64,000 bases of DNA from Cyanophora paradoxa CCMP329 (GCA_004431415.1 QPMI01000023.1:160376-224375), one strand, 5' to 3'. Positions 46,854-56,487 are shown, numbered from the stretch's first letter. Notes: generated by a model from the letters alone, not told the origin. A program made the numbers and translations.

Positions 46854-47369
46854 TCAGGAGGCGAGGGTGCGCGTTGGCTCCCAGCAGTACTGGATCAGCC
46901 CGCTGATGTACCGATCCGCCTGCGTCCAGGCCCCGTCCGGGGGCTGCCAGATCACCTCCACGGTCGTGTTAGCGAGCGTTGTCGTGATGCTGTTATCGTT
47001 CGCGGGAACGGGCGCCCCGCCCAGGAACCGAACCGTCGGGGTCCAGATCGGCTTTGCCGTCCCCTCTACCCCCTCCCCGTGCCCCTTTGAGTACCCCTCC
47101 CGCGTCGCCCTCACCCTGTACGAGTACTGCCCCGTCTCCGCGTCGACCCCCCTGTAACTAAATTCGAGCGTGAGTCCCAGATCCTGCCAGTCTAGCTCTA
47201 CCCCCTCCCCGTTTCGAAGGCTCACGTGCGAGAGGCTTTGCAGCGTTGCGTGTTTAATTGGACCCGCGGTTTCCAACAGATCGAAGCGAAGGGAAATGGG
47301 CAGGTCTGCGGGGGGGATCCGCGAGAAGAATCTCTTGCGGCAGCGCTTCCCGAAGATGAAGAGGCGCAT
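46854..47369 (-). CDS. Viral hypothetical protein (171 aa)
   Basis: ORF fills the gap between neighbours; upstream ATTTTCCGTAG motif. Confidence 0.65.
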   Translation of the reverse strand: MRLFIFGKRCRKRFFSRIPPADLPISLRFDLLETAGPIKHATLQSLSHVSLRNGEGVELDWQDLGLTLEFSYRGVDAETGQYSYRVRATREGYSKGHGEGVEGTAKPIWTPTVRFLGGAPVPANDNSITTTLANTTVEVIWQPPDGAWTQADRYISGLIQYCWEPTRTLAS

Positions 47370-47398
47370 TTAAGGGGCCTACGGAAAATCTAGCCGGC

Positions 47399-47848
47399 CT
47401 ACTTGGCGTAGGCCCAGAGGCCGAAGTTCTTGACGATGTAGGCGCCGTTCTTCTTGGTGGCGCCCGTGATGTCGGTGAAGCGCACGCGCAGCTCCTGGAA
47501 TTTGTCGTACGCGACGTAATTCGGGCGCACGGCCATGGGCACCTCGAACCAGTAGAGGATGGTGTTCTCGAGGCCGTCGTGGCCCCACGTCGGGATCACG
47601 ACCTTGTTGATGCACGTGTTGACGTTCGAGATGGTCGTGACGTTCAAGTCGGGAACGTCCATCAGCAGAACGTTGACGGTTTTTGCGGTCTCCGGGTCCG
47701 GAATCGCGGTCGTGCTCAGCTCCAGGTAGACGCCCTTGATCTGCAGCGTGTCGATGTCGGAGGGGATCTGGTTCAGCCGGAGGCGCCAGAAGCCCTCGGA
47801 ATCCTGCGTCTCCCCGTTCGACTGGACGTAGAGGTTGACGCAGGACAT
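47399..47848 (-). CDS. Candidate single-jelly-roll minor capsid (penton-like) protein
   Basis: 149 aa of alternating beta-strand pattern: LYVQS..WRLRL..LQIKGVYL..KVVIP..QELRVRFTDITG. Confidence 0.5.
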   Translation of the reverse strand: MSCVNLYVQSNGETQDSEGFWRLRLNQIPSDIDTLQIKGVYLELSTTAIPDPETAKTVNVLLMDVPDLNVTTISNVNTCINKVVIPTWGHDGLENTILYWFEVPMAVRPNYVAYDKFQELRVRFTDITGATKKNGAYIVKNFGLWAYAK

Positions 47849-47871
47849 TATTTAGGAAAGGGCCTGAGAAA

Positions 47872-48060
47872 TTATGCCTTCCTCAAGCCGTTGAGGAGGT
47901 AGGGCCCCACGAAGTAGTAGCCCGCGAACTGCGCGGCGAGGATCCGCACGAGGAAGTAGCGCGCGGGCGACATGTAGGCGACCGCGCCGAGGGTCAGCAG
48001 GCTGCCCAGGTAGCGGGAATCGCTGGTGATATCATCGAGGCTCGGGAGCATGGACGACAT
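47872..48060 (-). CDS. Small viral membrane protein (62 aa)
   Basis: Two hydrophobic stretches; upstream AAATTTCTGAA motif. Confidence 0.6.
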   Translation of the reverse strand: MSSMLPSLDDITSDSRYLGSLLTLGAVAYMSPARYFLVRILAAQFAGYYFVGPYLLNGLRKA

Positions 48061-48082
48061 TGTTAAGGGCCCATTCAGAAAT

Positions 48083-48454
48083 TTACTTGGGCATGAAGAA
48101 ATTCCTCACCCGCTCCCCCTCCTCGTGCAGCGCCCACTGCAGCCGGTCGATGACGGCGGCCATCACGGGCGGGCTCGCGGCGGGGTTTTTCGCGTACGCC
48201 CTGGCGTCCTCTGCCATCTGGGGGTGGTACTGCTCGACCCGCTTGGCGTAGCTCGCGATGGCGCGGCGGGTGCACCGATCCAGGTCAGCCGCCATTTCGG
48301 CCGGCTCCTTCGGCTGCTGCTGCTTCTTTCGCGCGTAAGTCCTAAGAAGCCAAGGGAACGCTGTGCTGTTGCTGGTGCTCGTACTGGTGCTGCTGCTGCC
48401 GGGGCAGGACGACGGAGCCTCTGCGCTGGGGGCTGTTGTCGCGGGAGTCTCCAT
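48083..48454 (-). CDS. Viral hypothetical protein (123 aa)
   Basis: S/T-rich N-terminus, helical C-terminus; upstream TTTTTTCTAG motif. Confidence 0.6.
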   Translation of the reverse strand: METPATTAPSAEAPSSCPGSSSTSTSTSNSTAFPWLLRTYARKKQQQPKEPAEMAADLDRCTRRAIASYAKRVEQYHPQMAEDARAYAKNPAASPPVMAAVIDRLQWALHEEGERVRNFFMPK

Positions 48455-48734
48455 TTCCCATGTTCTCTAGAAAAAAACGCGTACCGGTCTGCGTCATCTG
48501 GATGTCCACGTGGTGCGGGCCGATCGCCTGCACGCTCTCGCGCCTCTGCTGCTCGGGCGGGGGCTCGGGCTCGGGCTCGCCGCGGCGCACGACCCTCAGG
48601 GCCGCCGCCTTCAGGGCGCCCAGCACGGTGTTGGGGCGCACGCGCTCCGTGCCGCCCAGGAGCTCGGAAACCAGGAAGAGCGCGCCGCAAATTACGGTGA
48701 TGACGTCCGAGTGGGTGCATGCCCCCTCGAACAT
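48342..48734 (-). CDS. Small membrane protein; true stop probably near 48468 (indel in A7 run)
   Basis: VITVICGALFLVSELLG..RPNTVL; upstream motif present; the 3' part overlaps the next gene. Confidence 0.55.
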   Translation of the reverse strand: MFEGACTHSDVITVICGALFLVSELLGGTERVRPNTVLGALKAAALRVVRRGEPEPEPPPEQQRRESVQAIGPHHVDIQMTQTGTRFFLENMGNGDSRDNSPQRRGSVVLPRQQQHQYEHQQQHSVPLAS

Positions 48735-48755
48735 CTTGCGGGCGCGTCAGAACAA

Positions 48756-50786
48756 TTACCCGCTACCCCTGCCCCTTCCGCGCCCCTTGCCCTTTCCGCG
48801 CCCTCGGCCCCTGGCCCTCAGGTCGCCGATTTCCGCGGCCTGCGGCGCGAAGCGGGGGTCGTCCGCCTGGCCGGCGTCCGCTTGGAAAATCGTGAAGAGG
48901 TACCCGTCCGTGTTGTTGTCGGTGTTGTTCGTGTTTCGCGCGTGCGACCACTCTTTCAGTAAATCGCGCCTCTGCTTGTCGGGCAGCGTCTTGGAGAGGT
49001 ACTCCTGCAGCTTGCTCGCGTAATTTTCCTCTGGGATCAGCGACGCAAGGACGGTGGGCGGATCTTTCCCCATGCCTATCTTCTCTTCCGTCAGCATGCG
49101 CTCGAGCTCTGCAATTTCCACCATCGTATCGATGCTCGGCCGAGGTCCTGCCTCTGCCCTCTTCTGGTCTACGAGGCGCTGCCCGGCCGCCGTGAATTTC
49201 GCGGACAGAATTTGGTGCAGCCGCTCGTACACCGTCGTGGTGCCCGGCTCCTTCTCCTTGAGCAGCACCACCCAGTCGTAATTCGCCCACAGCACCTGCA
49301 GGTTCGATATGTGATCGATCGTCACCAGCACGTGGGCGTGCAGCGCGCCGTCCGTCGGCCCCACCTCTACGCCCCCTTGCACGCGAATTCCGATGATTGC
49401 GTTGGCGTACGTGTCGTCCTTGTACTTGCCGTTCTCCTCCTTCAAATTGAAGCGGATGAACTTGTAGAATTCTGCGTCCGAGAGCACCTCTGCGAGGCTG
49501 TCGCGCAGCGCCGCCGCCTCGAATTCTCGCGCCTCTCCCAGGCGCTTGTGGGTGTTGAAGAGCACCCAGTAGCGCGACTGGCGCGCCTGTCGTATGTCGT
49601 ACCGCGTGCTTCCGTCGGGATTCTTTTTGTTGAGGATGAAGACCGACCGCCCCGTCTCGCTGATTTCCGTGATCACCTTCTCGAGCGCCTCCAGCCCGTT
49701 TGCCTGCGCCGCCTGCAGTCCCGTTTTCGCCTTCTCTATGTTCTGCTTCACCTCTTGCGCGTCCGCGAAGGTTGCCATTAAATCTTCCATGCTCGGCGCC
49801 ACGATTTTCGCCTTTCTGATTTTCGACTGTGCGGAGTTGGGCTCGATGACGGACGATCCGAAGTCAGCGGCCGTATCCTTTGCCTTTTTCGTGGTCTTTG
49901 GCTTCGGCCCGCCGAGCACGCTCTCGACCATGTGGTCGCGCGTCTGCTTGGAGACGGTGGCCGTGTCGCCCCTCTTTCGCCTCTGCAGGCCCAAGATCAC
50001 GAGCAGGCCCTTGTTGCCGAGCAGCGTGACGCACTTCTGGCAGAGCCACGAGTTCCTGGGCGACACCGTGGGCACCTGCGCCGGCTTCTTGTCCTTGATG
50101 AGGGGGTACGGCTCCTGGCCCTTTTTCTTTCCCTTGCCGTTTTGCTTGGCTGCCCACGCGTTTGCCTTCTCTATGACTGCAACGTACTCTTCGTACACGG
50201 CATCCTTCCTCGCCTGCGCTGCCTCCCTCGCGGCGATTTTCTCTGGCGTGTTGGCCCCCTTGGCGCTCGGCACGGGCGTGGCCTCGTACATGAGGCGAAG
50301 GCAGCGGTAGCAGATCGGCGGCGATTTCTGCGCGCTCTGGTACGTGCGCGGTATGGCGCGCAGTCGCTCCTCGGGGAGTTTATCGTACTCGATTTCGCTG
50401 TGGATGCTCCAGAGGGTCGCGGGCTCGTGGTATGATTTATCGAGCAGCGATGGGAGCATCTGAACTTCTTTGGTGGCCGAGAGCTTGATGTAATCGGATA
50501 TGCTCTTCTGCTGCTGGAATATGCCGTCCTCACCCTGAACCAGCACGTATCGCTTCGGAATCTCAACGACGGGCGTCTCGAGCTCGTCCACGCCGGTATC
50601 GGGCGCGTTTCCCTTTGCCTTTCCCTTTCCCTTCCCCTTGCCCTTGCCCTTCGGCTTAGGCTCCGGCTCCTCTTCCTCTTCCTCCTCTTCTTCCTCCGAC
50701 TCGGAGGACGGGGACGTGGGCTCCTCTTCCTCTGACTCGCTCGAGCTCTCTGGCTTCTTCTTGCGGCCTCGGCGCTTCGGAGGCAT
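48756..50786 (-). CDS. Long HUH-superfamily endonuclease (Rep-like) with NLS/acidic N-terminus and Zn finger
   Basis: Motif I-like SRYWVLFNTH, motif II GALHAHVLVTIDH, motif III LQEYLSK; CYRC...CQKC; MPPKRRGRKKK. Confidence 0.75.
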   Translation of the reverse strand: MPPKRRGRKKKPESSSESEEEEPTSPSSESEEEEEEEEEEPEPKPKGKGKGKGKGKAKGNAPDTGVDELETPVVEIPKRYVLVQGEDGIFQQQKSISDYIKLSATKEVQMLPSLLDKSYHEPATLWSIHSEIEYDKLPEERLRAIPRTYQSAQKSPPICYRCLRLMYEATPVPSAKGANTPEKIAAREAAQARKDAVYEEYVAVIEKANAWAAKQNGKGKKKGQEPYPLIKDKKPAQVPTVSPRNSWLCQKCVTLLGNKGLLVILGLQRRKRGDTATVSKQTRDHMVESVLGGPKPKTTKKAKDTAADFGSSVIEPNSAQSKIRKAKIVAPSMEDLMATFADAQEVKQNIEKAKTGLQAAQANGLEALEKVITEISETGRSVFILNKKNPDGSTRYDIRQARQSRYWVLFNTHKRLGEAREFEAAALRDSLAEVLSDAEFYKFIRFNLKEENGKYKDDTYANAIIGIRVQGGVEVGPTDGALHAHVLVTIDHISNLQVLWANYDWVVLLKEKEPGTTTVYERLHQILSAKFTAAGQRLVDQKRAEAGPRPSIDTMVEIAELERMLTEEKIGMGKDPPTVLASLIPEENYASKLQEYLSKTLPDKQRRDLLKEWSHARNTNNTDNNTDGYLFTIFQADAGQADDPRFAPQAAEIGDLRARGRGRGKGKGRGRGRGSG

Positions 50787-50809
50787 ATTTATTGGACACG
50801 AGAAAAAAT

Positions 50810-51651
50810 TTACACGAGCTTTACAGCGCCCGTCTCGAGGGCCTCTACCGTCTTCGTAATGTACAGCTGCAGCAGATCCTTAAGGTTGCTCTGCGGCAGC
50901 AATTTTACGTCTACGTGCATCTGCCTGGCGGTTTCTCGCTTCCTGTAGCCCGTCTCCTTGCCCGTCCACTGCATGCCGAGGGCGTCCTTTCTCCGTATCG
51001 GCCGCACCGCCGTCTTCTGGTACTCCTCCCCGAACCAGTCGTCCTTGTAGAAATTCGGCAGGCCGCCCTGTCCCTCCGTTTGCATGAACTTGATGAGGAA
51101 ATCCGACGCCCGCTTGCCGTCGAATTGCACGCGCGAGTAGTGCACCAGCGTGAGCAGGATGTGCGCGTGGAGCCGCCCCGACCGCGGCCCGTACTCGATG
51201 CCGATGTTCGCGTTGCCCTTCTCCACGTGCGTGTCGTACTGGTCGGACTTGAAATCGAAGCCCTTGGGGTTCGCCTTGTCGGGGTACACCCCATCTTTAT
51301 GCACCGCGCCAGCTGCCTGTCGTCGTAGAAGAGGGCCTCCAGCCCCCTGTAAAAGGCGTCCTGCACCTTGGCGCCCTCTCCCCTGCTCCGCGGCTTGTAG
51401 TTGGTCTGGATGGTGATCATGAAATTCGACTCGCGCTGGGGCCGATCCTCTCCGTTCAGTCTCCTCACGGGCGCCGCGTCCAGCACCTTCTGGAACCACG
51501 TCTTGTCGGGCGCCAGCACCTTGTCGTTGATGTTGCCCACCACGATGTGCGTCTCTACCCGGGAGCGGCCGGAGGCGTCCATGCGGAGGTGAGGGTTCGG
51601 TGCCCGGGCTTGCCTGTTTGCTGCTACGCCCCTCGCGATGAGGTTGAGCAT
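50810..51651 (-). CDS. Short HUH-superfamily (rolling-circle Rep-like) endonuclease; one frameshift at ~51290
   Basis: Motif I SNFMITIQTN (frame of ORF 50911-51729); motif II GRLHAHILLTLVH and motif III LQLYITK (frame of ORF 50810-51499). Adding one base to the C4 run at 51289-51292 joins them. Confidence 0.8.
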
Positions 51652-51695
51652 GTCAGACCAAGGCCTAGAAAATTTTCCGAGGCTGGGGTGAGCTT

Positions 51696-51765
51696 CCACG
51701 TGGGGCCCCGGGGTACGTCCGCACCTCACCTGAGCACCACCTGAGACTCACATGAATCACCTGAG
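51696..51765. promoter_or_regulatory. E-box array (CACGTG, CACCTG x3, CACATG) between the divergent HUH and VLTF3 genes
   Basis: (T/C)CANNTGA boxes at 51726, 51737, 51748 and 51757. Confidence 0.5.
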
Positions 51766-51882
51766 CAACGCCTTCTGCAATAAGTGCTTCCTCACTTGCA
51801 AGTGGGACCCACTCTCCTCTGAGAAGCCAACCTGTTGGTTCTGCAAGGGGATAGCCCAGCTGCAGTACGAGGACTCGGAGGA

Positions 51883-52713
51883 ATGGCAGACTCTAACGAA
51901 ATCGATCTCCTCCTCCGAAACTTCGAGCAGATCCAGCGCTACGGCGCCATCCTTCACGACGAGGGGGACCCAGACTTCGACGCTCCGGCACCGTACCCCG
52001 CCGCCGCCGCCGCCATCGCCAACTCCTACCTCGGGGCCGGAGAGCGCCCCCGCAAGCGCAACCGCCGCACCCAAGGCCCCCAAGGCGAAGCCGCTGTCCC
52101 CTGCGGAAATTGCGGCTCTGTCGCCCTCGTTGGTGTTCACCTGGATGGGGATCTGGTTTGCCAAGGCTGCGGTCTGGTCCTGGATTTTTATTATCCGGAC
52201 CATCAACCCCTGGCTGTCAGCGAGCTCCACAGCAACTACCTGCGCAAGTACCACGTTTCCGAGCGACTTAAGCAGCACTGCCTGGAGGATTCTCCAGTAC
52301 CCGAGGACGTGCTGGCAGCTATTGCGAGGCGCATGGCGGGGAAGGAGTGGAGCAAGGACAATATCCGCCAAGTTCTCCGGGCTCTGAAGCAGCAGAAGTA
52401 CATCGAGCGCTGGGCGCAGATCAAGTGGCGCATCACGGGCGAGCGCCCGCCTCCGATGAGCGCGGAGGACATGGACCGGGTGCAGGAGATGTTCGCCCTG
52501 GTGGAGGTCCCCTTCAGCATCTTCAAGTCGCAGGGCAGGAAGAACATGCTCAACTACAATTACGTTTTCAGGCAGATTTTCGTGCTGCTAGATTTGCCCC
52601 AGCACCTCCCCTTTTTCCCCTTGCTCAAGAGCAGGCAGAAACTCTCGGAGCTCGATTCCATTTGGAACAGGATATGCGAGTACAACGACTGGCATTTCTT
52701 TCCTACTCTTTAG
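51883..52713 (+). CDS. Viral late transcription factor 3 (VLTF3, poxvirus A2-like)
   Basis: Zn ribbon CGNC..CQGC; YLRKYHVSERLKQ; LRALKQQKYIE..ITG..PP; RKNMLNYNYVF; FPLLKSRQKL..DSIWNRIC..W.F.PT. Confidence 0.93.
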   Translation: MADSNEIDLLLRNFEQIQRYGAILHDEGDPDFDAPAPYPAAAAAIANSYLGAGERPRKRNRRTQGPQGEAAVPCGNCGSVALVGVHLDGDLVCQGCGLVLDFYYPDHQPLAVSELHSNYLRKYHVSERLKQHCLEDSPVPEDVLAAIARRMAGKEWSKDNIRQVLRALKQQKYIERWAQIKWRITGERPPPMSAEDMDRVQEMFALVEVPFSIFKSQGRKNMLNYNYVFRQIFVLLDLPQHLPFFPLLKSRQKLSELDSIWNRICEYNDWHFFPTL

Positions 52714-53058
52714 CTACTCTTTAGTGATCGCGGCGGCCTTCCGCTCGAGCGCCTGCTTGATTCCGAAGCTAGCGCTGGTAGCCTTGATTAGCATGTTCGT
52801 CTGCCCGTGTGTAAATCCGAGGATGAACATAATTCCGCCGGTGGGGTCGTCGTCGAAGAACTGGAGGGTGAGCACGTATTTCGAGAGCAGGCCGAGGGTG
52901 AGGCCGTTGACGGCGACCTGCGCGGCGAGCTCGGCCGCGTGGCCGGCCCTGTTTTCGCCTTCGTGCGAGGAGAAGGCGGCGTCGATGAGGGAGCCGGATG
53001 CCAGGCCGAGGGCGTACTGCACGATGGCCTGGGAGAGCCCTAGGAGCACCTTTGACAT
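52714..53058 (-). CDS. Viral membrane protein (114 aa)
   Basis: Several hydrophobic segments; upstream AAAATTTCCGAG motif. Confidence 0.65.
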   Translation of the reverse strand: MSKVLLGLSQAIVQYALGLASGSLIDAAFSSHEGENRAGHAAELAAQVAVNGLTLGLLSKYVLTLQFFDDDPTGGIMFILGFTHGQTNMLIKATSASFGIKQALERKAAAITKE

Positions 53059-53093
53059 TTTCCTGGGGCCTCGGAAATTTTTAAGGGGCGCGC

Positions 53094-53444
53094 CTAGGCG
53101 TCGGAGTCCTCGTCCTCGGTCTCCTCTGCCTCCTCCTCCGAGCCCGATTCCGAGGTCGCAAAATCGTCCGGGTCGCGCACGTAAATTACTCTGTCTCCCT
53201 CTTCGTCTGTCATCTCCTCCGAGCTGGTGTCCTCACTGCCCAGCGACTCGGCCGCGGCCTCGTCCGCCGCCTCCGCGGTCAGGCGCTCCCAGTTAATTCC
53301 CAGCGCGTCGCAGATCCTCTCCAGGGCGCTGCTGACCTCGCCGTCGTTGAAGGGCGAGGAGGGGTCGAGGCTGGCCTCGAGGAGGCAGTCGTAGGCGATG
53401 GACTCGACGCGGAAGACGGAGGCGATGTGGGCGCTGGGCGACAT
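53094..53444 (-). CDS. Acidic viral hypothetical protein (116 aa)
   Basis: D/E-rich C-terminus; upstream TTTTTTCTGAG motif. Confidence 0.65.
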   Translation of the reverse strand: MSPSAHIASVFRVESIAYDCLLEASLDPSSPFNDGEVSSALERICDALGINWERLTAEAADEAAAESLGSEDTSSEEMTDEEGDRVIYVRDPDDFATSESGSEEEAEETEDEDSDA

Positions 53445-53470
53445 GGTTACGCACGAAGCCTCAGAAAAAA

Positions 53471-54541
53471 TCAGGCGAGGCCGCGGTGCTTCCTGAAATT
53501 ATCTATCATGCCCAGGAGCGTCTTGTCCACCGTGCCGTCGTCCGGACCCACGAGATTTTCTCCGTTGACGGTTTCGCCCTCCCAGTACTCCTTGGATCCG
53601 ATGCGGAAGGGGGGCGGCTCCTCGGCCTTGTAGACGTACAGAACGTCCAGAGGGTTCGTAGAGTTGTTGGAAGAATCGATGATGAGGCAGTGGTTATCCT
53701 GGGTGTACTTATCGAGCAGGTAGTAGAAGGCGCGCTGGGATATGATGTCGCCCCACTCCTTTGCGAGGGCCTCGCGCTGCATCGCCTGCGAGCACTTGAA
53801 AATGACAGCCAGATCAGTATTGGAGCGCAGGACGGGATTGATGCCCTTGGCATACTGCGTCGTGATAAGGGTCATGATTTTGTAGTGGCGCCCCGCCACG
53901 AAGAGCTCGTTGAGGGCCTCGTCGTACCGCAGCCGAGCGTCGGAAATCACGTCGTCGAGCAGCACGAAAAATCGCGGGTCGACGGGATCCTCCTTTCCCG
54001 CGAGCACGTCTTCGGACTTGTTGTGCTGCATGATCGCCTGCTGCCTCCTGAATAAATGGAAGAGCACGCCCGGGTTGTACTTGGGCCAGATGAAGCGCTG
54101 GGGTATGTACTGCTTCCAGTACCCGTTCAGGCGATCGGTCTGGCTGATCACGATACCCCCCGGGAAGGTGCCGGAGAGGTTGAACATGAGATCGCGGAGG
54201 AAGAAGGACTTGCCCGTGCGCCGCTTGCCGACGCAGACGACGGTGGCGTCGGACTTGACGGTGTTCACGTCGAACCACTTGAGCTCGGGCAGGCAGGCCA
54301 TGCGCTCGATGCCGCCCGTCTTCGAGTTGTCGAGGAAGGCGTTGACCTGCTCGGGCGTGAGCTGCTGGCCGTCCTCTGTCATGCCCATGGCGCAGCTGGC
54401 GCCGGCGGCGGGGGCCGTGCCCGCGCCCGAGCCGGTGGCCTGGCCGGCGGGGGCGGGTGCCGCGGGGGCCGCGCCTGCGGGCTGGGCGGGCTGGGGCTTG
54501 GCCGCCTTCGGCTTCTTCGGCTTCTTGGGGTCCTTGGCCAT
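53471..54541 (-). CDS. Genome packaging ATPase (A32/FtsK-HerA family)
   Basis: Walker A GKRRTGKS, Walker B FFVLLDD, GRHYKI, TTQY, LRSNTD; start MAKDPKK at 54541. Confidence 0.95.
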   Translation of the reverse strand: MAKDPKKPKKPKAAKPQPAQPAGAAPAAPAPAGQATGSGAGTAPAAGASCAMGMTEDGQQLTPEQVNAFLDNSKTGGIERMACLPELKWFDVNTVKSDATVVCVGKRRTGKSFFLRDLMFNLSGTFPGGIVISQTDRLNGYWKQYIPQRFIWPKYNPGVLFHLFRRQQAIMQHNKSEDVLAGKEDPVDPRFFVLLDDVISDARLRYDEALNELFVAGRHYKIMTLITTQYAKGINPVLRSNTDLAVIFKCSQAMQREALAKEWGDIISQRAFYYLLDKYTQDNHCLIIDSSNNSTNPLDVLYVYKAEEPPPFRIGSKEYWEGETVNGENLVGPDDGTVDKTLLGMIDNFRKHRGLA

Positions 54542-54578
54542 ATTACCCCCTTCATTCAGATTTTCTTGCGACCCTGGG

Positions 54579-55055
54579 ATGAAGATCCTCGGCGTGGATG
54601 TGGGGGTCATCAATTTCGCCTGGTGCCTCATCGAATTCGATCCGCAGACAAAGGAATCCCAGATTCTCGACTGGCAAAAGATCGCCCTCTTCCCGTCTGC
54701 GCGCTGCTGTGGCCGCCTGGTTGCGCGCCTGGTGGAGGTTACTCGCGGCCATAGCGCCTTCGGCCTTCCCGACCAGATCGCGATCGAGGGCCAGAGGACG
54801 GGAATCAATCGTTGCATCGAGTGCACGCTCCACGCCCTCCTGTACGGGCGTGCGCGGATCGTGAGCCCGCGCGCCATCAAGCACTTCTTCAAGATCTCGA
54901 ACCCGAGCTACAAGGAGCGCAAGCGGGGCGCGGTCGACAAGTGCCGCGACCTTGTACCCGCCGAGCTCGCCGACATCGCGGATCGAAACGGCAAGCTCGA
55001 CGACCTCTGCGACGCCTACCTGATCGCCCTCTACGCCGCGCTCAATCCGCTGTGA
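54579..55055 (+). CDS. RuvC-like Holliday junction resolvase (poxvirus A22-like)
   Basis: MKILGVDVGVINFAWC, IAIEGQ, YKERK, KLDDLCDAYL. Confidence 0.9.
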   Translation: MKILGVDVGVINFAWCLIEFDPQTKESQILDWQKIALFPSARCCGRLVARLVEVTRGHSAFGLPDQIAIEGQRTGINRCIECTLHALLYGRARIVSPRAIKHFFKISNPSYKERKRGAVDKCRDLVPAELADIADRNGKLDDLCDAYLIALYAALNPL

Positions 55056-55085
55056 TTCCCGTTGCGATTTCTGGAGGGCCCGCAG

Positions 55086-55247
55086 ATGGGATCGTCATGC
55101 CGTAAGCCGAGGCCCCTCTGCTGCGAAATCTGCCGCCTGCCCCAGACCAAGCGCGGCTGGGTGCTCAAGGCGGGCGTCTACGTCTGCTGCCCCCGGTGCG
55201 CCGTCCGCTACTACGCACTTTTTTCTGAAGGCTGTCTACACCCGTAG
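55086..55247 (+). CDS. Small Cys-rich Zn-finger protein (53 aa)
   Basis: CEIC...CPRC; upstream ATTTCTGG motif. Confidence 0.55.
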   Translation: MGSSCRKPRPLCCEICRLPQTKRGWVLKAGVYVCCPRCAVRYYALFSEGCLHP

Positions 55248-55256
55248 CTAGATCCC

Positions 55257-55895
55257 ATGGAGCACGCTCACTACTGCTTCAAGTGCCGCTCCAACACCAA
55301 GCTCGCCAACGTCGAGGTGCGTACCAGCAAGAACAACCGCCAGGTGGCCGTCGGCTCCTGCACGCAATGCAGCGGCCGCGTCTCGCGCTTCATGCGCCGG
55401 GTTCAGGAGGAGGGGGCCCGGGAGACCAGCCCTCCGCCGCAGCGCCCGCAGGTGACCGACGCCGCTGGCCCGGCCGCCGGCTCGAGCCAGGCACCGGCAG
55501 CCCCTACGGCCCGAAGCCCCCGCGGCGCCCCGGCAGAAGGCCAAGGCGGCCCCCGCGGAGGGCGACCCGAGCCCGCTCGAGGCCCAGCCCAAGCGCCAGC
55601 GCGCGCCGAGGAAGGCGGCGAGCGAGCCCGCGATTGCAATTCAGATGTGATCCGGCGGCGCAACTGCCCAGTTCACTGCTTCGTCTGCGACTACCCCCCC
55701 ACCTGCTTCCCGGGCCACCTGCAGTTCGGCCACGAGATCTCGGTGGCGCGCGTGGGCGGGCGGGCCCGCCTCGTCTGCAGGCGCTGCGCGCGCGGGCTCT
55801 TCGCGGATTTTCGCAGGATCCGCGACAGGGAGCTCACGGGCAGTATTTCTAAGTCCCTCCCCAAATTGAGAAATGGCCTCCCTGTTGTTCGATAG
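55257..55895 (+). CDS. DUF5679-like Zn-ribbon protein with low-complexity linker and second CxxC..CxxC module (may be two genes joined by an indel)
   Basis: YCFKCR..TSKNNR..GSCTQCSGRVSRF; later CFVC..CRRC. Confidence 0.6.
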   Translation: MEHAHYCFKCRSNTKLANVEVRTSKNNRQVAVGSCTQCSGRVSRFMRRVQEEGARETSPPPQRPQVTDAAGPAAGSSQAPAAPTARSPRGAPAEGQGGPRGGRPEPARGPAQAPARAEEGGERARDCNSDVIRRRNCPVHCFVCDYPPTCFPGHLQFGHEISVARVGGRARLVCRRCARGLFADFRRIRDRELTGSISKSLPKLRNGLPVVR

Positions 55896-56135
55896 GGACA
55901 TGTACCAAATGCAGAACCGATTCGACGGCGTCTACCCCGAGCGCATGCCGCAGGAGCAGTTCCCGCGCCCGCACTGGGCGGACCACCGCACGCACGGCCT
56001 GCGCAGGCCCGGGCGGGGCAGCTGATGGTGACGCCCGGGGGCGCGCCGGCGGAGCGCGACTGGTCGCCCCTCTGGATTATAGCGGGGATCCTGGTGGGGT
56101 ACCTCCTCTTCCGACCCAGTGTAATTTCTCAGTGA
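55873..56135 (+). CDS. Small tail-anchored membrane protein (frameshifted; not in ORF track)
   Basis: MASLLFDRDMYQ... after the TATTTCTAAG motif; the shifted frame gives WSPLWIIAGILVGYLLF. Confidence 0.45.
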
Positions 56136-56147
56136 CCCCGTACCCCG

Positions 56148-56485
56148 ATGTCTCGATCTATCCTTATTGGGCCCCAATCGATACGCAAATTGAGATGCTG
56201 CGCGCTCGCATGCAGAAGCTTACGCTCGAAGAGGATCCCACGGATGTACCCGAGATCAAGGCGGGGTTGGCCACGCTGCCGACGGATATCGTCGAGAACA
56301 TTCGCGATTGGGTGTACAGACTGCAGGACGAGGTCCGTGCACGGCTCTGGCAAATCGTGATGGGGCAGAGGGCCGCGGCCTACCGTAGCTTCGACGACCA
56401 GAGGGACGCGGCCATGCGCAGGTGGGAGAGGCAGTTCCCCGAGACGTACGGGGGCGCCAACCCATATTTTTCTGGTGATGGGTAA
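56148..56485 (+). CDS. Viral hypothetical helical protein (frameshift just after the ATG at 56148)
   Basis: The TAATTTCTCAG motif points to ATG 56148, but the protein-like frame is that of ORF 56132-56485. Confidence 0.55.
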
Positions 56486-56487
56486 AC

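Noticed and set aside
51752-52387. Cys-rich ORF overlapping VLTF3 as a VLTF2 candidate
   Set aside because: Only the first ~45 codons look protein-like, the VLTF2 pattern is not recognisable, and the ATG lies inside the E-box array; left uncalled.
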